In this document: positions 56,645 through 64,000 of the stretch, piece after piece
Layout of the letters: every line of letters begins with the position of its first letter
Numbering within the stretch: the first letter of the stretch is position 1
Assembly: GCA_964016885.1 (NCBI GenBank)
Contig: OZ024745.1
Coordinates: 116,436,001-116,500,000 of the forward strand
DNA from: Eledone cirrhosa
Lineage: Eukaryota
Reading direction: 5' to 3'
Length of the DNA stretch: 64,000 nucleotides
The notes under the pieces: generated by a model
What the model saw: the letters and a program-made list of their open reading frames with translations, nothing else
Databases searched by the model: none
What the model was told of the DNA's origin: nothing
Made by a program: the position numbers and the translations under genes

Positions 56645-58123
56645 ATACATTAACAGAGAAAGCTTTAAGCGATACTCTGACCAACTCCATCTCACTCAAC
56701 AAACATTACGATATACCTAAGTATAATCCCAATTTAGTGTTTAGGGTGCTAACTATACAGTATTCCGTGGATAGCTGGTTGTATTATTTTATATGAGACA
56801 TAATTAAATAAATCTCTCTTTCCTTCCATACGATCGTTTCGTTATAAGATTTCTACAAATTGGGATAAATAATGTCCATATATATATCAGCGAGAAAGTG
56901 AAAGCCGTTGAACATCCCTTATCACAGTCTTGCTATCAATAAAGCAATGATTCAGTATTTCGATCACTGGAAACCTGTAACTAACGATTCCTACGACAAT
57001 TATATATATCATCCATACATTTCTCGAGCATATTGCAATCACATACCATTCTGGGACGGAAATATAATTATGAGGAGGATTCCTATCAAATATTTTGATT
57101 GGATTTACCACCGAGTCAGTTTTTAATTCCTTTTCCGTTTCTAATGTAGTTACCACACCTTAGTTGGCACATGTAACATAGAATTCAGAACCACTGTGGA
57201 ATAGAGCATCATTTAACTGTACTATTCAACCTGTACTTAATCACACGAAATGACAACATTATCTTCATTATCTGCTTATTGGCTTAATAAATTGGAATTC
57301 GATGTGGCTGTATTTCAATCGGAAACTTGTATTTGTAATTCCCTAAACGACTTTTAGTATAATTTCCATACTACCACATTTGAAGCCTAACACTTGGTTT
57401 TGGTTTGGGAGATTTCTTTTCCATCGCTTTCATTTCAATTTAGTAATGTGCCTAGATTTGGGGTAAAAAAAAATTAGTCATTCTTACCATTGATATAAAT
57501 CATTCAACACAAGGCGTATAGTTCAAATGTTTGTATCAGACACACAGTACGTACATACCAACAAACAAGTTGAGGCAATATATAGGCAAGATTTGGCTCC
57601 GGAGTTCTCAATCCCACTGCAAACCTTTATTGAATTTATTGAACCACAATGTTCATACCATGGTTTATTTCATGATAATTAATAATAGATATACATTAAG
57701 TAATTAGAGAAAGTTACGCAAGTAAGTAATGTTGTGGCTAGGTCAAAACTAGACTATACAAGCGTGCAGGTATAGATTAGTATCCAAGCTGCAACAGGAA
57801 ACCTTATTCGATTAACCACAGTACTTCAGAATACGAATATAAGCTTGGCAGAATCATGTTATATCTAGGTAAATATACCTGTTGCTCACGTCAACTCATT
57901 TGACCAACTCTTGGCTTACTGTATGTCTGAGAGGACCTAATTCTATAAAATATGAGACAACAATAACAATACTCCAACATGATTAATAAACATAAAGATC
58001 AATTTATATTCTATATTTATGACATATATCATTATATATTCTAGAGCATATTTGATTCTATCCTTTACCAGTTGTATTTCTACGGCTATAAAATCTAGAT
58101 TATATTTAGAATATTACATTAGA

Positions 58124-58751
58124 GCTTGACAATAATTTGTTATGTTATAATGCCAAGTATTCAAACGAAATTGATGAATATTTACGGTTTCCAAAAAGGT
58201 ACACTTCATATTATCACCAATATTTAAGTCATGAGGGAGTTTCAAATAATGTTCAATTTTATCATAGTTCGGAGAAACTGCTTCGTGTAGTACGTGCAGA
58301 ACCTATAGTTTTAATCTCATATTCTATAAATTATGCCAAACTTCCATTGTGTTGGGAAATACAATAAAGATTCGACAATCCTCAAGCATGATAGGAATTC
58401 TTTCAACCCAATAAAGAAACTAACCCAATTAACTTGCATTAAGGCTTGACAATAATTTGTTATGATATAATTCCAAGCATTCAAAGGAAATTGATGCATA
58501 TTTATGGTTTCCAAAAATGTACACTTCATATTATCACCAATATTTAAGTCATGAGGGAGTTTCAAATAATGTTGAATTTTATCATAGTTCGGAGAAAATT
58601 CTCCGTGTAGTACGTGCAGAACCTATAGTTTTAATCTCATATTCTATAAATTATGCCAAACTTCGATCGTGTTGGGAAATACAATAAAAATTGAATAATC
58701 CTCAAGCACGATAGGAATGTTTTCAACCGAATAAAGAAACTAACCCAATTA
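58124..58751. repeat. Tandem duplication, 320-bp period, two copies
   Basis: GCTTGACAATAATTTGTTATG at 58124 and 58444; TAACCCAATT ending at 58430 and 58750. Confidence 0.92.
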
Positions 58752-59743
58752 GCTTTATTAGATGTATTTACAAAACAGAAACATGTTTACATTATAAATT
58801 GCAGTGAATGAAATATATATTTACATACGATGAAAATAATATACAATTCCGCCTAGATGAAGTAAATATTATTAAGAGTTCTCCCGGAGCATCGATAGAA
58901 ACGTGCATTGTTTAAATCATATAAGCGTCCATAAATATATATTACGTTCGTATATCCTCCACGCAATATTATATTACAGGTTTGTCAGTTCTTTGAGGAC
59001 ATTTACATGAATTTAGTAAAAGATGCATAAATCATGAATGGAGAGCTGTAGAGAATCTGGCGTTAGAATTGATGACTGCTTCAATACGAGGTATAAAATG
59101 TTGACATGCATGAATCAGATGATTTTATGTTGACTGAACTCTGGGCTACGGCTTCTACGTAGTAATCCGCCGGATTCAGGTATGGAGAGCTAGCATAGGC
59201 CATGTGTTTGGGTTGCTACCATTGATTAGATTGCCGCTCATGAATTCCTGAGTCAACTTGGATTTATGCATCGGCGTAGGAGATTTTTGGTATGTGTAAT
59301 GCTTTGCTTTGCTCAAGCTCTCTATCCAAGGCTTCACAATAAAATCTCCTTAAATCTTATTTGTAAATAATATTATTCTTTGTTCCCCATTTCCTTAACA
59401 GGTTCAACATCACATCATTTTCTCTCCAACATTTTACACCAATACAAATTTGATAATGCATAACATGCTGAAACGGTAATAGACAATTATTAAAAATATA
59501 AATAAATAAATGCCATTGTCAATTAATAAATAAATTAACTAATAGCTTAACACTTCACACAAATTCAAATATTTTGTTTTAAACATTTTCTAACCCAGAA
59601 AATAGAGAAAAAAGTAAAAGGTAAAAATATATTTTTCTTCATAATAATCGTATTTTTCTCTCCCTAATAGAATATTACTCTACGACTTCATCTATACCAT
59701 AAACGTGGTTTGTCTTTGAGTGAAATTGTTCTCACCGCTCCAA

Positions 59744-59935
59744 ATAATTGTTTCTACTTTTGGCACAAGTGCAGCAATTAGCCAGTACATTACTGGTACT
59801 TTATTTTATCGACCCCGTAAGGATGAAAGGCAAAGTTAACCTCGGCGGGATTTGAGCTCAGACCGTAAAGGGACATAACTACGCTGGAAAGCATGGCGTC
59901 CGACCCTCTACTGATACTGCCAATACATCGCCATG
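59744..59935 (-). mobile_element. tRNA-derived SINE
   Basis: Reverse complement of the 44628 family. Confidence 0.88.
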
Positions 59936-60862
59936 TCCCATGTCTGCCAACCTCTAAAATCCCAAACGGGAACTACCATAAAAAGGTGCCCCAAAACGGA
60001 GAGAAATGAGGCAAAAAGGGGGGATTATACATTATGAAAGCTATACCTATTTTCACAAGAGAAGACATCTCTCATCCATCCCAAATTGGGTGGGAGGTCT
60101 TATGTCCACCATGTTCATGTAGATTATAAACAGGAGATATGTCAATACGCACCCTGTGCGTGTCGATTGGTTTCGACTAGAAATGTTGCTCTGTTTATCG
60201 AGGAAACTCCATGTTATATTTCCGCAGTAAAGCATATGCTAAGATTGCATGCTTGTCGACGTAAGCTTCTTGTTGACTTCAAAATCTGTAGATAAATACC
60301 AAGTACTTATATTCTATTGAATGGTGCTAAGTTATAATACTGTTTAGACTTAAATTTCGTAACGACAGAATAAGTATAACCCTTGAGACACAGGATATAT
60401 TTCTGTTAGATTTATAATGAATTGGTTCTATTGGGCCGAGAGCTATCTCTTGCTTCCGAGGTGCTAAGTAGAGAAGTAAATATCTTTTGTCAATACATTG
60501 GTGTGTAGATCTTAGCTGATGTCACATCACAAATTGAAGGTGGAACTAAATACTAATCAAGCAATAGTCAACACCCTTATCCTACTTACTGCAATAAATT
60601 ATATGGCTAAACCTACCCGATTGTAATATATACACCTGGTAGTTATATACACAAACCGCAAACGAAAGTAGACTAGCTGACAACTGGTTTCATCCTGTAT
60701 ACCACATGATTTCGCCTTTATCAACATAGCCGATCTGATATGCATTTAAATTAGTATTGGAAAATTAATCAAATCTAATTACGATAAATCATTCTTTTAA
60801 CAGCTTAATTACTCTCTTTGTTTAAGACTGTGTCTCTCTGAGCAATAAATCGTTCTAATCTA

Positions 60863-61010
60863 AATAATTGTTTCTACTTTTGACCCTAGGCCAGCAATTA
60901 CCCAGTGCATTACTGATGCTTTATTTTATCAACCCCGTAAGGAGGAAAGGCAAAGTAAACCTCGGCGGGATTTGAACTCAGATCATAAATGGCCGTAAAT
61001 CTTTGCTGCA
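60863..61010 (-). mobile_element. tRNA-derived SINE, 5'-truncated
   Basis: Same family; CTAATCTAAATAA on both flanks (60855, 61013) looks like a TSD. Confidence 0.85.
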
Positions 61011-62047
61011 AACTAATCTAAATAACGGGCGTAGGCGTCTTTACGTGAATTTTAAAAGAAGCAGTATGTAGTCAGATTTAGTAGTTCACAGTACTTACTC
61101 TCCTCTTTCTAAATTTAAATTTAATGTTTTCATTCCACTATACTATTTGCAAGACACATAGTGTTACAGGAAAAGACATTTTTTAGTTATGGCTATATGA
61201 TATCCAACAGAAAAAACAATTTATTTTCATTAGATGTAAACATACGTACTTTATTTCAATATCGATTTCCTTCAGATTTTACATGAAAATACGTCTTAAA
61301 GCAATTATCTTTCAAATACTGAAGCAATAATTGTAGAGAGGAAGATGAAATGTAAGTATCCATAAATCGAAGGCTGGAGTATATTAAATTGTTATATATG
61401 CTAATGCCTTTTGTAACATTAAGAGCATTACAATTCCCTAAAACATAATACATTTCAGCGAGAGAAATAGCGCATATATGTTCAATCAGTATGCTTAACA
61501 TAGTAACCAATGTTACTCAAATTGAAACTTACCCTTGTAGAGAGAAACATATAGAAGTGATTTGTCCTAAATTTGAAATGCCTGAGAGATTGAAGTAATA
61601 CTTGAAAACCATTCAATTGAATTATGCTGCCAATTCTCACAGGAAAGTATGAAAGTCTCTTATTCACCATACCCGTCATATATCCATTCTGTCCTCATTT
61701 CTTTTTTCATTTACTAGCTTGTCAAAAGTAATAGTTTTACGCGATTTTATGATACAATAATTTTTCTAAAGTTTCCATTCAATATGGAAAGCAATTCTAT
61801 CCATACTTTCAAAGCTAAATATGCAATTATCTTAAATATTCTGTTTCATATGCATTTTTAAAGAGATGGGAAACAGGTCTGCGTTAAAATCATTAAAAAA
61901 AGAAACAAATCTCTTATCTTTCCTGTCCATATAACCTCGTGTTTTACATGATAATTAAACATGTTTAGATATATATATTTGTAAAATAATATATATGTGT
62001 TTGTGTGTGTGGGTGTGTGTGTGAGTGCAAGCGCGTGAGTGTGAGTG

Positions 62048-62115
<68 letters not shown>

Positions 62116-62207
62116 TGAATATGTGTGCGCGCGCGCGGTTGGATATGGGGAGTACATGTGAGAGAGTTTGTATAAGTGTGTACGAGTTTATATAAATATA
62201 TATTACA

Positions 62208-62247
<40 letters not shown>

Positions 62248-62345
62248 AATATATACATACATATATATATATACATATATATATACAAATCTATATACAT
62301 ATATATACATATATATATATACATATATATATACATATATATATG

Positions 62346-62459
<114 letters not shown>

Positions 62460-62496
62460 TATATATACATATATATATATACACACACATACGCAC

Positions 62497-62577
<81 letters not shown>

Positions 62578-63242
62578 CCAAATTGATAATTGCTTAATAT
62601 TTGCTGAATTATATATTTGTTTAGCTCATAAATATTCCTGAATGATAACATTTTTTTCTCGTTGAAATGACTGAAATATAAGCCTGAACTATTGACGTTT
62701 TTCACTAAAGTGTTTATTTCCGCTGTATCATATTAATATTATATGAAGTCATTGTAGCCTCCATCAATTCTGGATATTATGATGTCAACGAAATCCAGGG
62801 ATTTCTAAATTTCTTGATGTCAACATTAGTTTACGCTAACAATAACCGTGATATATGCAGTATGCAGAGCTATCGTATGATTCAGTATCAATATTATTTC
62901 CTTCCAATCGTGTGTTATGCAGCATTGACATTAAAATAGCTGCGTTGCTACATCATATGACAATTAAGGTTAACTTGAGGGGAAAACGTATCTACATCGA
63001 TTGTATCTATTAAAGATTAATAGTTCTACGCCGGTCATATAGAAAGATGTGTTGAGCTGTAAAGGTTAGCACTGTTATTATCGATAACGAAACATTTGTT
63101 TCAATAACTATAACATTATATAAATATATTATTCTGTTTACCGTCTTCACCTTTGTTCTTATAGATACAACGTTTCTTGGTGTTTTAATCTTTCGCCTTA
63201 TCTATGTGCCTGTCTTGTTCTAGTCAAAGACTTAATATAAAT

Positions 63243-63522
63243 CAGTCACGGGCAACCTGCGGCCCGCGAAGCTCTCTGAATAGCTCGCCTAAGTCACCTA
63301 ACCGAAATATTTCTGATTATTTTGCCCTGACGTTTCAGTCGTAATTTATCTTTCTATAATTTTTACGATCGAGGAAAAATAACGTGTACGAATTCTGAAG
63401 AAACAAATCAAAACAACCTGAGTTACCACCCTTTTTTATAAAGTGGGCACGAATGTAAATTAGCGCTTGCCACCCACCATATCTCATGCGGCCCGCTTCT
63501 CGAAAAAGGTTGCCCATGCCTA
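63243..63522. mobile_element. hAT (Charlie-like) MITE, 280 bp
   Basis: TIRs CAGTCACGGGCAACC / GGTTGCCCATGCCTA; subterminal TGCGGCCCGC at both ends; 8-bp TSD ATATAAAT/ATATAAAC. Confidence 0.8.
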
Positions 63523-63627
63523 ATATAAACTATGGATTATGATAGCCGTCATTCCGATGTCCAGGGTAACCATATTGTTGTATCAGCTATTAACGAACTT
63601 CCTTCTTGCTCGTTAAACATAAATATC

Positions 63628-63817
63628 ATATAATTGTTTCTACTTTAGGAACAAGGCCAGCAATTACCCAGAGTGCATTACTGGCACTTTATTTTATCGA
63701 CCCCGTAAGGATGAAAGGCAAAGTCAATCTCGGCGGGATTTGAACTCAGATCGTAAAGGGACGTAACTATGCTGTAAAGCATGGCGTCCGACCCTCTACC
63801 GATACTGCCAATCCACT
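63628..63817 (-). mobile_element. tRNA-derived SINE
   Basis: Reverse complement of the 44628 family; ATCATATAAT on both flanks. Confidence 0.88.
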
Positions 63818-64000
63818 TCATCATATAATGATACTATACATTGAAAATGATTTGATTACTGCAAGTAACGAAAATCATAATTAGTGTTCTTCCAATATTT
63901 TATCATTTTTATTATTATCTATTTATCTATTTAGAATTTACACCAACTAAAGTAAAGTATTAGTTTAATAAATTGAGTCTTTTACAAGAGCTTACGTTTT

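Noticed and set aside
61256-61679. Two adjacent minus-strand ORFs as a gene or transposase fragment
   Set aside because: No motif I can recognise; a tblastn/HMM search is needed.

Overview
AT-rich, microsatellite-dense animal genomic DNA. The SINE repertoire, RTE LINEs and (TA)n density suggest an octopus/cephalopod (inference). I see no host protein-coding gene, and almost all listed ORFs are microsatellite artefacts. Protein-coding remnants are all transposon-derived: a near-full-length RTE LINE plus two truncated copies, several decayed Penelope-like element (PLE) RT/GIY-YIG fragments, an RLE-type (HERO/NeSL-like) LINE remnant and a deleted mariner. A non-autonomous Helitron, a hAT MITE and tRNA-derived SINEs are also present. 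The main signal is non-coding. Read by eye, the window holds about 35 type I hammerhead ribozyme (HHR) motifs in roughly 10 sequence-unrelated short repeat families, mostly inserted in (TA)n tracts with tandem and fold-back structure. They include a 6.4-kb near-perfect array of 479-bp units with one HHR per unit and a twin-priming-like 5' inversion, and a 320-bp tandem whose HHRs carry the compensatory U3-A8 core. This resembles a retrozyme / PLE pseudo-LTR ecosystem predicted to make small self-cleaved, possibly circular, RNAs. Folds and coordinates were derived manually and ribozyme activity is untested.
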